64,000 nucleotides of DNA, taken from assembly GCF_028736115.1 (NCBI RefSeq), contig NZ_CP117877.1, positions 4,534,187 to 4,598,186 of the forward strand. Reading direction: 5' to 3'. Of this stretch, positions 21,523 through 31,055 are shown one piece after another. The notes beneath the pieces were generated by a model. The model was given only the letters and a program-made list of their open reading frames with translations, was not told the origin of the DNA and did not search any database. This DNA comes from Mucilaginibacter sp. KACC 22063. Its GTDB lineage: Bacteria > Bacteroidota > Bacteroidia > Sphingobacteriales > Sphingobacteriaceae. Both the position numbers and the translations under genes were made by a program. Each line of letters begins with the position of its first letter. The first letter of the stretch is position 1.

Positions 21523-22824
21523 ATGAAAAAGATATTTATCACCGCAGCACTTGTTGCCTGCACAGTAGGCCTGTTTGCACAGGATGTAAACAAACTGATT
21601 GACGCAAACGACGTTGACCGCATTATTAAAACTCTTACCGCTGATGATATGCAGGGCCGTGCAACCTTTACACCCGGTATTGAAAAAGCGGCACAGTTTA
21701 TAGAAAGCGAGTATAAAAAGGCAGGCTTACAGCCATTGCCCGGCAATAAAGACTTTCGCCAGAACTTTGCCATGACGCGGATTACACCTTCAAAAGTGCA
21801 ATTGACACTTAACGGCACCAACGTTGCAGGCGATCATGTATTAGCTTACACAAGCAGTGCTGTTAACTGGAATAATAACAGCGATGTTAAAATAGTTAAG
21901 ATTGGCGCAGATCAGAACATCCAGACAGAATTCAGGACTATACGCCGCAGCAATCAGAAAACCATTGTATTGATTGATCCGCATTTTGAGAGTTGGTTTA
22001 ACCTTGTACGCGGACAGCTTAGCAAAGGCATGACCACCTTAAAGCCAACCGAAGGGCCCCAGCCGGTGATTTTTGCCTTAGGAAACTTTGATAACGTAAC
22101 TTCTTTTCAAGCCAGTGTAGAAGTTGAAACAAAGCAACTACCGCTGTTTAACATTGCAGGAATGATCAAGGGCAAAACAAAGCCTGATGAGTATGTGATC
22201 TTCTCCGGCCATTATGATCACTTAGGCATCATTAAACCAATGGAAGGCGATAGTATTGCTAACGGTGCTGATGATGATGCCTCAGGCACTACAGCTGTGA
22301 TTACATTGGCAAAATATTTTAAAAAATTAAACAATAATGCCCGCAGTATCATATTTGTAGCGTTTACTGCCGAGGAGATCGGCGAATATGGCTCTGCTTA
22401 TTTTGCCACCCAGGTTGATCCTGCAAAAGTTTCGGCAATGTTCAATATCGAAATGATCGGCAAGGCTTCTAAATTCGGAGAGAACTCTGCCTTTATTACC
22501 GGTTATGAGCGTTCTGATTTTGGCAAGATCCTGCAAAAGAACCTGGAAGGCACAGCCTTTAAATTCTACCCGGATCCCTACACCGAACAGAACTTGTTCT
22601 ACCGCAGCGACAACGCTTCTTTAGCTAAGGTAGGTGTGCCTGCGCATACCATATCAACCGACCAGATTGATATCGACAAATATTACCATACCGTAAAAGA
22701 CGAATACAGTACGCTTGATGTGAAGAACATTGTGGCAACCATCCGTGCTATTGCGCTAAGCTGCAAAACCATTGTTGCCGGTACCGATACGCCAACACGT
22801 ATCCCGCCGCTTGAGCAGCGTTAA
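21523..22824 (+). CDS. M28-family peptidase
   Basis: Signal peptide. HYDHLG, GADDDASGTTAV and TAEEIGEYGS are M28 metal ligands. 1-bp gap from the M61 gene (operon). Confidence 0.8.
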   Translation: MKKIFITAALVACTVGLFAQDVNKLIDANDVDRIIKTLTADDMQGRATFTPGIEKAAQFIESEYKKAGLQPLPGNKDFRQNFAMTRITPSKVQLTLNGTNVAGDHVLAYTSSAVNWNNNSDVKIVKIGADQNIQTEFRTIRRSNQKTIVLIDPHFESWFNLVRGQLSKGMTTLKPTEGPQPVIFALGNFDNVTSFQASVEVETKQLPLFNIAGMIKGKTKPDEYVIFSGHYDHLGIIKPMEGDSIANGADDDASGTTAVITLAKYFKKLNNNARSIIFVAFTAEEIGEYGSAYFATQVDPAKVSAMFNIEMIGKASKFGENSAFITGYERSDFGKILQKNLEGTAFKFYPDPYTEQNLFYRSDNASLAKVGVPAHTISTDQIDIDKYYHTVKDEYSTLDVKNIVATIRAIALSCKTIVAGTDTPTRIPPLEQR

Positions 22825-22826
22825 CC

Positions 22827-23318
22827 TTACAACGGTTTTTGCATAATATAATCATTCATCCAAAATGGGCCGATGGCAATATCTTCTTCGCGAAGTATAC
22901 TGAAGCCCATTTTTTCGTAGAAGCTTTTTGCCTTGTTATAACGGTTTACATTGAGCAGCAGGTTTTGAGCGCCTGCCTTTTTAGCAATATCGGCAACCGT
23001 ATTAATTAATAGCTTACCATAACCTTTACCCTGCGTTTGTGGCAGGCAATATAATTTATGCAGCTTGTAATCATTGTCGCCATAAGCCGAGTACCCTGCA
23101 AAACCGACAGGGTTATCGTCTTCTTTGAGTATCAGGAAAGTCTGCTCGCCGGTAATTATTTGCTGCCTGAGTACTTCAACATCATAAATCTTATCCAGCA
23201 TAAACCTTATTTGCTCTTCGGTTAGTATAGGCGAATAAGTCGGCCACCAGGTATCCTCTGCTAACTGTTTAATAACATCGGCATATTGTTCGGTTGCTGT
23301 AACAATGGTTGTTTGCAT
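22827..23318 (-). CDS. GNAT-family N-acetyltransferase
   Basis: 163 aa with acetyl-CoA motif QGKGYGKLLI. Confidence 0.8.
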   Translation of the reverse strand: MQTTIVTATEQYADVIKQLAEDTWWPTYSPILTEEQIRFMLDKIYDVEVLRQQIITGEQTFLILKEDDNPVGFAGYSAYGDNDYKLHKLYCLPQTQGKGYGKLLINTVADIAKKAGAQNLLLNVNRYNKAKSFYEKMGFSILREEDIAIGPFWMNDYIMQKPL

Positions 23319-23485
23319 AGTGCAAAGGTAATATTATCAAGCCTCACCCCAACCCCTCTCCAGAAGAGAGGGGCTTATCCTTGCTCGTTAAAGTCCTCCC
23401 TACTGGGAAGGATTGACAATTACTAAATATAATAAGCACTCGATTAAGTAATTACTTACAACAATCTCTCCTTATCTTCGTCGCA

Positions 23486-24166
23486 ATGCTTGATATTCTT
23501 TACCGCGATGATGTGCTGATTGCTATTAACAAGCCGCACGGACTAATGGTACACCGTTCTAAAATTGCGGATGACACCGATGTGTTTGCCTTACAGTTGT
23601 TGCGTGATCAAATCGGTCAGACGGTTTACCCTGTGCATCGCCTCGACCGTAAAACAGGTGGCGCATTGCTGTTTGCCCTAAACAAGGAAACGGAGAAAAC
23701 CATGCAGCAACAGTTTATGAACAAAGAGGTAACTAAAAAATACCTGGCTATTGTGCGTGGTTATACAGAACCACAAGGCGAAATAGATTATCCTTTGCGT
23801 AAAGAGAATGGCACTTTGCAGGATGCCTTTACGGCTTACACTACACTAAAGCAGGCTGAGCTACCCATAGCATTCGGCAAATTTGAAACCTCAAGATATT
23901 CGCTTATAGAGGCTATGCCTACCACAGGGCGTATGCACCAGTTACGCAAGCACTTTAAACATATCTTCCACCCTATTATAGGCGACCGCACCCACGGCTG
24001 CAATAAGCAGAACAAACTTTGGTGGGAACAATGGCAAATGGACACCATGTTGCTTCATGCATCGGAGCTGACATTCAGCCATCCGGCAAGCCGGGAAAAT
24101 ATTAGTATAACCGCCCCGCTAAGGCCAGAGTTTGAGCATGTAATGCGCCTACTCAGCTGGTTGTAG
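23486..24166 (+). CDS. RluA-family pseudouridine synthase (TruC-like)
   Basis: Catalytic Asp motif HRLDRKTGGALLFA. No S4 domain, 226 aa. Confidence 0.85.
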   Translation: MLDILYRDDVLIAINKPHGLMVHRSKIADDTDVFALQLLRDQIGQTVYPVHRLDRKTGGALLFALNKETEKTMQQQFMNKEVTKKYLAIVRGYTEPQGEIDYPLRKENGTLQDAFTAYTTLKQAELPIAFGKFETSRYSLIEAMPTTGRMHQLRKHFKHIFHPIIGDRTHGCNKQNKLWWEQWQMDTMLLHASELTFSHPASRENISITAPLRPEFEHVMRLLSWL

Positions 24167-25036
24167 CCGGGCTTGCACCTGTTCTAAAATATCAGCAATT
24201 GCCTGCTCGTTCTTTAATACCCTTTCGTGCCCTGCACCATTATAAGGCACAGCTTCTACAGACGGATGGGCAGCTATAAATTCTTTCAGATAACTAAACG
24301 GCGCTATGGCATCGTCTTCATCGTAGATCAGATAATGCGGTAATTCGTTATTGTACTTATAAAGTGTAGTGAGATTAAAATAAGAAAAGCGGTTACTGAA
24401 CTTCACCCTGAACTGCTGAAAAAATTCCTCCTGTACAGCTTTATCAATACCGATGCCGTCCATTGTGGCAATAAAGTTTTCTTTCAGTTTTACTAAAGGC
24501 GTCAAACTGATCAGCTTGCCGGGAAGTACGCCCGAATCATTTATGGCCATCACATTAGCCATTACACCCAAAGAATGACCAATCAGCACATCAGGTGCTC
24601 CATATTCGGCAAATATTGCTTTAAGAGCCTCTACATACAGCAACAGGTTTGACAGGTCACCTTCAGAACTGCCATTACCTGGCGCGTCAAACGCTATAAT
24701 CTGCACATCGGGCAGGTTACGCAAGGCATTAATCAAATCCACAAAATCTAAGGCCTTTGAACTCCAACCGTGTGTAAGCACAATCTTTTTGCTGCCGGTT
24801 CCCCAGGTAAAAATGTTAACGTTAAGTTGCCCACCACTAAAGTATTGATCCTTTACCATTAATGATGATTTTGCAGCATCGGCTAATAATTCTTTTTGCG
24901 GCAGCCACAAAGGCATCTTGGGCGAATAACAAATCAGTTCCCACAACAATGGCTTTATATCCGTTTCGGCTGTTGCCTCTTTAATATTCTTAACAATGCC
25001 GCGCATTCTTTTCATAAGACAGATAGATTGTAACAC
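24149..25036 (-). CDS. alpha/beta-fold hydrolase
   Basis: Nucleophile elbow GHSLG plus a downstream Asp/His. 295 aa. Confidence 0.7.
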   Translation of the reverse strand: MLQSICLMKRMRGIVKNIKEATAETDIKPLLWELICYSPKMPLWLPQKELLADAAKSSLMVKDQYFSGGQLNVNIFTWGTGSKKIVLTHGWSSKALDFVDLINALRNLPDVQIIAFDAPGNGSSEGDLSNLLLYVEALKAIFAEYGAPDVLIGHSLGVMANVMAINDSGVLPGKLISLTPLVKLKENFIATMDGIGIDKAVQEEFFQQFRVKFSNRFSYFNLTTLYKYNNELPHYLIYDEDDAIAPFSYLKEFIAAHPSVEAVPYNGAGHERVLKNEQAIADILEQVQARLQPAE

Positions 25037-25131
25037 AAAGCTAAAACATTAGCCCGCCTTTAGTCACTATCCAAACTTTTCTTACAAACTACTGAGATTG
25101 AAGTCCTCCCCTCGGGAGGATTTAGGAGGGT

Positions 25132-25341
25132 TTAATCCAATAGCTTAATCATAAAGCCTTTTTCAGTAACAATCTGCATGATCTTATGAGGGCAAAAGTT
25201 GCTGCCCTGTATGCGCAGTATTTTATCACAATCTTCCAGGTCGAAGTTGATGCGGCTTTCCGGGAAATGTTTGCTTAGCAAGGCTAACAAGCTCCGCGCC
25301 TGCGACCGTCGCTTTACATCTGTTTTAAACACCTCGACCAT
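25132..25341 (-). CDS. hypothetical small protein
   Basis: 69-aa ORF 5 bp downstream of the DoxX gene on the same strand. No motif. Confidence 0.4.
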   Translation of the reverse strand: MVEVFKTDVKRRSQARSLLALLSKHFPESRINFDLEDCDKILRIQGSNFCPHKIMQIVTEKGFMIKLLD

Positions 25342-25346
25342 AGTGG

Positions 25347-25799
25347 TTAAATCTTTTCAGCTTTTATTTTGTGGAAATAGACGTATGAGATCAGTAAAAT
25401 AGCAAAGGCTACAACCGGGAACAGCAACATTGGCGAAATTCCATCAACCGCTGCGTTTGCGATAAATGCGGAGATAATAGATATGCCATAGCCTACATAA
25501 GCCCATTCTTTGTAACGCGGCGGAATAAATGGAATGATTAACAATAGTCCGCCAATGATTTTTCCGTAAGACAACTCAAGCCTGAACCATTCGGGTAAAC
25601 CTGTGTGCCTTATCCCTTGCTTTGCCATTTCAGAATTGAAAGTCAGTGCGGGTATTAAACCATCGAGCAGAAAGAAGATAGTGGTGAAGATCCAGTAAAT
25701 GATCTTGTCTTTTTTAGCGGCAGTTGCGCTGATAAATGTTGTCATAAATGTAAAGTGATTGAGTGAGTGATGTTTAAATTTAGTTATTCTGCAGCACAC
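25347..25799 (-). CDS. DoxX-family membrane protein
   Basis: 150 aa, 4 TM helices, DoxX-like composition. Confidence 0.65.
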   Translation of the reverse strand: MCCRITKFKHHSLNHFTFMTTFISATAAKKDKIIYWIFTTIFFLLDGLIPALTFNSEMAKQGIRHTGLPEWFRLELSYGKIIGGLLLIIPFIPPRYKEWAYVGYGISIISAFIANAAVDGISPMLLFPVVAFAILLISYVYFHKIKAEKI

Positions 25800-26166
25800 T
25801 TAAAATATTGCCTGCCGAGTCTTTAAACCAGGCAATCAAAGGCCCGCCTTGCCGCATTATACCTTTTTCATCTGTTTTAAACTCAGGGAAATCATAATGC
25901 TCCATTTGTACACCTTTATCGTTAAGCTGCTGTACGGCATCGTCTATATCATCAACAATGATATTAAGCACCGTGAATGTGGCAGGAACAAAATCAGGTT
26001 TAGGATAAATAATAGTATGACTGCCATTTGCAAATTGCAGGGTGAGAATGCCGCCCATGTCATTATCCTGGCTTACACTTAAGCCTAATGTTTCGGCATA
26101 AAAGCTTTTCGCTTTTTCAACATCATTAGTAGCAAAGCTGCTGAATACTTTATTGTCTTTAAACAT
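25780..26166 (-). CDS. VOC/glyoxalase-family protein
   Basis: 128 aa with a paired beta-alpha-beta-beta-beta module (FYAETLGL). Overlaps the DoxX start by 20 bp. Confidence 0.7.
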   Translation of the reverse strand: MFKDNKVFSSFATNDVEKAKSFYAETLGLSVSQDNDMGGILTLQFANGSHTIIYPKPDFVPATFTVLNIIVDDIDDAVQQLNDKGVQMEHYDFPEFKTDEKGIMRQGGPLIAWFKDSAGNILSVLQNN

Positions 26167-26284
26167 ATTGGTTTTATTTTATTGGTTTAACAAACTTAAC
26201 ACTCTGCATTAAAACCTGCAGGGTGTAAATACGACAACTTGAGGGGTTGTTTACGCCACCAGCTTTACTTACCTTTATTATACC

Positions 26285-27271
26285 ATGAAACATATCTCTA
26301 TCCTTATCCCACAGGGCACCAGTAGTTTAAGCAACATTGAAGGGGCCTATCAGATACTTAACGAGGTAAATAACATCCTGATGGATATGGATAAGCCGCC
26401 GGTGTTTGAAGTGCAGCTGGTAGGCATTGCACCCGAGGCTCGTCAGCGCAATGGCTTGTTCACTGTTAGGTCGGGAGTATTGTTTAATGAGGTAGAGGAA
26501 ACAGACCTGATCATTATTCCTGCCATGCAGGATAACCCGTTAAAGGCCCTTGATCTTAATCATGATTTTATCCCCTGGGTGATTAAGCAATACCAGAACG
26601 GCGCCGAAGTAGCCAGCTTTTGCGTTGGTGCATTCTTTTTGGCGGCTACCGGGTTGCTTAAAGGTAAACAATGCGCAACTCATTGGCGACTGGCAGGCGA
26701 GTTCAGGCAGATGTACCCTGATGTAAACCTGGTAGATGATAAGATAATGACGGCCGAAGATGGTATCTATACCAGCGGCGGTGCATACTCTTACCTAAAC
26801 CTTGTGTTGTATCTGGTTGAGAAATATGCGGGCAGGGATATGGCTATCCTGATTGCAAAAACCTTCATGATTGATATTGACCGCAACACACAATCGCCGT
26901 TTATCATATTCAAAGGACAGAAAACGCACGACGACGAGCAGATTATCCGTGCGCAGGAATACATTGAAGAAAATTACCAGGAAAAGATCACAGTAGACCA
27001 GTTGGCAGACCTGCTTGCACTTGGCCGCCGCAACCTGGAACGCCGCTTTAAAAAAGCCACATCGAATACTGTCATAGAATACATACAACGTGTAAAAATT
27101 GAGGCCGCTAAAAAAAGGTTTGAAAGCAGCCGCAAAAACATAAACGAGGTAATGTATGAGATCGGCTATTCAGATACAAAGGCCTTCCGTACTATTTTCC
27201 GCAAGGTTACTGGACTTTCCCCTGTTGAGTACCGCAATAAATATAATAAAGAAGGAGCCTTGTTAAATTAA
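26285..27271 (+). CDS. AraC-family transcriptional regulator with N-terminal DJ-1/PfpI (GlxA-like) domain
   Basis: N-terminal DJ-1/PfpI fold (FCVGAFFLAATGLL around the Cys elbow). C-terminal dual HTH (ITVDQLADLLALGRRNLERRFKK...GYSDTKAFRTIFRKVTGLSP). Confidence 0.8.
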   Translation: MKHISILIPQGTSSLSNIEGAYQILNEVNNILMDMDKPPVFEVQLVGIAPEARQRNGLFTVRSGVLFNEVEETDLIIIPAMQDNPLKALDLNHDFIPWVIKQYQNGAEVASFCVGAFFLAATGLLKGKQCATHWRLAGEFRQMYPDVNLVDDKIMTAEDGIYTSGGAYSYLNLVLYLVEKYAGRDMAILIAKTFMIDIDRNTQSPFIIFKGQKTHDDEQIIRAQEYIEENYQEKITVDQLADLLALGRRNLERRFKKATSNTVIEYIQRVKIEAAKKRFESSRKNINEVMYEIGYSDTKAFRTIFRKVTGLSPVEYRNKYNKEGALLN

Positions 27272-27384
27272 CACATCGCATTAGTCGTTGACTGATATGA
27301 TTGTAAGTACAGTAACATTTGTATTTCTTACTTGCTAATATCAAATTTAGCCTATACCTTAACCCCATATTGCGTACCTAAATT

Positions 27385-28086
27385 ATGAATATGAAAAACG
27401 TTTTATCACTATGTGCAGCATTGCTTATTACAGCAACTGTTTTTGCACAAAACACCTTAACCAAACAAGAGCAAAAACAAGGCTGGCACTTACTGTTCGA
27501 CGGAAAAACTACCAATGGCTGGCACACTTACCTTAAACCGCAGGCCGGCAGTGCTTGGGTGGTAACCAATGGCGTGTTAGAACTTGACCCTAAAGGACAA
27601 GGCCGCGGCGATCTGGTTACCGATAAAGAATACGAGAATTATGAGTTGAGTGTAGACTGGAACATTTCGCCAGAAGGCAACAGCGGTATTATTTTCGGTG
27701 TGCATGAGGATAGTACCTACAGGCAAACCTATTTAACCGGTGTAGAAATGCAGGTACTTGATGATAAACAAGCCGAGGATAATAAAAAGGCTAATCACCT
27801 TGCCGGTTCTTTATATGATATGAAGGCACCGTCAGCAAATGTGGCTAAACCAGCCGGCGAATGGAACACTGCCAAAATCATGAAAAATAATGGCCATTTA
27901 ACTTTTTGGCTTAATGGCACTAAAGTTATTGATGTTCAAATGGGCAGCCCCGAGTGGCAGGAGCTGATCAACAACAGTAAGTTTAAAACCTGGCCGGGGT
28001 TTGCTAAATATGCTAAAGGCAAAATAGCGCTTCAAGATCATGGCCATAAAGTATCCTTCCGCAACGTTAAGATAAAAGAATTGTAA
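27385..28086 (+). CDS. DUF1080 (3-keto-disaccharide hydrolase-like) secreted protein
   Basis: Signal peptide. GWHLLFDGKTTNGW...FRNVKIKEL is typical DUF1080/LamG-like. Confidence 0.8.
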   Translation: MNMKNVLSLCAALLITATVFAQNTLTKQEQKQGWHLLFDGKTTNGWHTYLKPQAGSAWVVTNGVLELDPKGQGRGDLVTDKEYENYELSVDWNISPEGNSGIIFGVHEDSTYRQTYLTGVEMQVLDDKQAEDNKKANHLAGSLYDMKAPSANVAKPAGEWNTAKIMKNNGHLTFWLNGTKVIDVQMGSPEWQELINNSKFKTWPGFAKYAKGKIALQDHGHKVSFRNVKIKEL

Positions 28087-28155
28087 GCAGGAATATCAGC
28101 TGATTAAACCTTTTCATTCCTTTCATGGTCATATCCTAAAACTAAGAAACGACTT

Positions 28156-28449
28156 ATGAAAAGAATGTTCAAAGCATTAATAATTGCGGCCATGCTGGCA
28201 TTCACCGCCGCAGAAAGTCACGCACAAGTTATAGTACGTGTACGCCCTGTACCTCAAAGAGTGGTTGTAGTTCCGCGCCCGGGACCAAGGCATGTTTGGG
28301 TACGAGAAGAATGGGTCCCTGTTAACGGACGCTATGTTTGGCATGGTGGTTACTGGGCAGCCCCTCCGCGCCCAAGAGCGATATATGTACAGGGGCACTG
28401 GCGCCATGGATACCGCGGCTGGGTTTGGGTACCTGGCTACTGGAGATAA
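28156..28449 (+). CDS. small secreted YXWGXW-repeat protein
   Basis: Signal peptide, then W/Y/R/G/P-rich repeats (GGYWAAPP, GHWRHGYRGWVWVPGYW). Confidence 0.6.
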   Translation: MKRMFKALIIAAMLAFTAAESHAQVIVRVRPVPQRVVVVPRPGPRHVWVREEWVPVNGRYVWHGGYWAAPPRPRAIYVQGHWRHGYRGWVWVPGYWR

Positions 28450-28504
28450 ACAAAAAAGCATCGGTTTTTGCCGATGCTTTTTTGTTTATGATATAATTGT
28501 ATCG

Positions 28505-28906
28505 CTAATTAACATTCATTTCGTCAAGTATTTCTACCAGGTTTTGGCGTGTTACGGGTTTCACATAAAAATGTGATACCTCTTTGTAAGTTGCAGCCCG
28601 GTCATGGTCGGCTTGGTCAATAGAAGAGCTTACAATGTAAACCGTAACTTTTTTACTGATATTAAACTTGGTAAACTCGTCCAAAAACTGCCATCCATCC
28701 ATTACAGGCATATTTAGATCAAGCAAAATTACGTCGGGCAAGATATCCGGTGATTCCAGTATAGGTTTAAGGTACTTTAAGGCTTCAAGTCCATTGTGAA
28801 ATACAAGAAGGGTCTCACAAAAATCAATTACCTTCATCTGGCGTGATAAAATGTAGGTGTACATTGGATCATCATCAATGATGCAGGCAATGTCAAGTTT
28901 TTTCAT
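28505..28906 (-). CDS. response regulator receiver (single-domain)
   Basis: 133 aa. DD...D (phospho-acceptor in ILLDLNMP)...K. CheY-like fold. Confidence 0.8.
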   Translation of the reverse strand: MKKLDIACIIDDDPMYTYILSRQMKVIDFCETLLVFHNGLEALKYLKPILESPDILPDVILLDLNMPVMDGWQFLDEFTKFNISKKVTVYIVSSSIDQADHDRAATYKEVSHFYVKPVTRQNLVEILDEMNVN

Positions 28907-28917
28907 AGTGCGGCTTT

Positions 28918-30786
28918 TTAAATAATTTCAACTTTAAATGTAGTACCCGCACCCGGCTTGCTATTAGCTGTTATTTTACCGCCCATGGCCTCTACCTGAT
29001 TTTTTACCATAAACAGGCCAATACCACGGGCATCACTGTTACCATGAAATGTTTTATACATACCAAATAGCTTATGCCCATACATTTTCATGTCAAGGCC
29101 TAAACCATTATCGCTTATTTCGAGTACCAAATTCCCTGAAATATACGAAGCCGCAATTGAAATTTTCAATTGCCTGTCGTGCTGGCGGTATTTTATACTA
29201 TTACTGATAAGGTTAAGCAGAATACTTTCGAGATAAGCTGCATTGTAATTAACTGTGATACCGACATTTATGTCAATAGCTACATCAGCATCAACGTTAC
29301 GTAACGATTCTGATAGAATTTCAAGGGTACGGACTACTTCGTTGTGCAAATTTAACGACTTTTTGTTCTGCTGCCCATTTTCCTGAACTTTTACTATCTC
29401 ATTTAAATGAGTAAGGGTTTGTTGCAGGTTTGCGGCATTAACAACCAGCATGTTTATAATCTTGTCTTTCTCCTTATCATCATCCTCCTCAATCATCAAA
29501 TCAAGCAGCATTTGTATGTTGCCTGTATGTGAACGCAGGTTATGCGACACGATGTGTGCAAAGTTGAGTAAACGGCTGTTTTGCGCACTGATAATCTCTA
29601 ATGTTCGCCTGCGTTCCTGGTCAGCAAGCTTACGTTCATTGATATCTGCAATGGTACCAAACATCAATAGTGGCTGCCCCTCGGCAGACCATTCAACCAC
29701 TTTACCTCTCGACTCTATCCACATCCACTTGCCGCTCTTATGTTTCATGCGGTACTCGCATGCATAAAACTTAGATTGCCGGGTAAAGCAGATATTCAAT
29801 TGCCGCTCATTCTCCTCCTGGTCTTCCGGCTTCCGCAGGCTTTGCCATGACTGATAAAAATCGGGACCTAATTCGTCCAATTCATACCCAATGATACGCC
29901 CTGCCTTGGCGTTAAAAATCATATTGTTAGTATCTATATGCCACTCCCAGGTACCAACCCCAGTACTTTTAATAATATTATCAAGCCTTTGGCGCTCGCG
30001 GATTAAAATTTCTGCCTGTTGCTTTCTTTCTGTAATATTCTTGATCTGCGACACAAAATATTGAGGCACTCCAACATCATTCCTTACTAAGGATACGGCC
30101 AGTAACACCCATATAATGTGGCCATTTTTATGGAAATAGCGCTTCTCCATGGTATAACTATTGGTTTCCCCGTTCATTAGCTGCTGCATTTGCATCAGGT
30201 CTAAGTCCAGGTCATCCGGGTGCGTTATAGTTTGGAAATCTATTTTTAACAGGTCTGCCGCATCATAGCCAACAATATTGCACAGGCTTTTATTCACCTT
30301 TAACCAATGCCCGTTAAGCGAAACCAGGGCCATGCCGATAGGGGCATTATCAAATGCCTGGTGAAAGCGTTCTTCCTGGTGTTGTAAGCTATCAAGTGTT
30401 TCTTTTTTTACAGTGATATCCTGTAAAATGCCATATAGGTAACCTTTTTTATCCCCTTCAAAACTTGATTGTACAATGATGTGTATCCACTTTACATTTC
30501 CGCGTTCAGTAGTAATCTGAAAATCTCCGCTGCCAGCCTCGCCCGTTTCCCTGCATCTGCAAAAAAGCTGCGAAAGACCTTCTTTATCATGGTAATAGCT
30601 TAATGATTTATCGTCAGATGGTACATAATCTTCATCTACTTCATATATCTCCCGCATCACGGGGTTCCAGAAAATCTCGCCAGTAACCAGGTTACGTTCC
30701 CATATTCCTAACTGTGCCAGTGGGGCTACCTTCTGGTATAATTCGAGCTTGGTATGCATTAATGGTTGTGATAGTTCAGCAATCAA
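28918..30786 (-). CDS. PAS-domain sensor histidine kinase
   Basis: Multiple PAS/PAC segments. H-box IVSHNLRSHTGNI. HATPase_c (N, G1 DNGLGLD, G2 GIGLF). Confidence 0.85.
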   Translation of the reverse strand: MIAELSQPLMHTKLELYQKVAPLAQLGIWERNLVTGEIFWNPVMREIYEVDEDYVPSDDKSLSYYHDKEGLSQLFCRCRETGEAGSGDFQITTERGNVKWIHIIVQSSFEGDKKGYLYGILQDITVKKETLDSLQHQEERFHQAFDNAPIGMALVSLNGHWLKVNKSLCNIVGYDAADLLKIDFQTITHPDDLDLDLMQMQQLMNGETNSYTMEKRYFHKNGHIIWVLLAVSLVRNDVGVPQYFVSQIKNITERKQQAEILIRERQRLDNIIKSTGVGTWEWHIDTNNMIFNAKAGRIIGYELDELGPDFYQSWQSLRKPEDQEENERQLNICFTRQSKFYACEYRMKHKSGKWMWIESRGKVVEWSAEGQPLLMFGTIADINERKLADQERRRTLEIISAQNSRLLNFAHIVSHNLRSHTGNIQMLLDLMIEEDDDKEKDKIINMLVVNAANLQQTLTHLNEIVKVQENGQQNKKSLNLHNEVVRTLEILSESLRNVDADVAIDINVGITVNYNAAYLESILLNLISNSIKYRQHDRQLKISIAASYISGNLVLEISDNGLGLDMKMYGHKLFGMYKTFHGNSDARGIGLFMVKNQVEAMGGKITANSKPGAGTTFKVEII

Positions 30787-31055
30787 TCGTTTAGTAAGTT
30801 AATAGTAATCAATACATTCACTTGAGATGTTACCAACATCCGTTTATAAAAATGGTGTTGCCACGAAGCGGGATTTTTTATACCTTAAGGGAGTAATTTC
30901 TAAACCTTAAAAAAATTGCTGCATGTATTGTAACAAACTTATGATGTTGTCATCTAATATAACGTTAATAGCTAAGGTACTACAAAAAAGCTATTCAATT
31001 TTGTGAGGAGCCCGCACCTTAAGGACTCCGTTAAAGCAAAAAATCCAACAACAAA

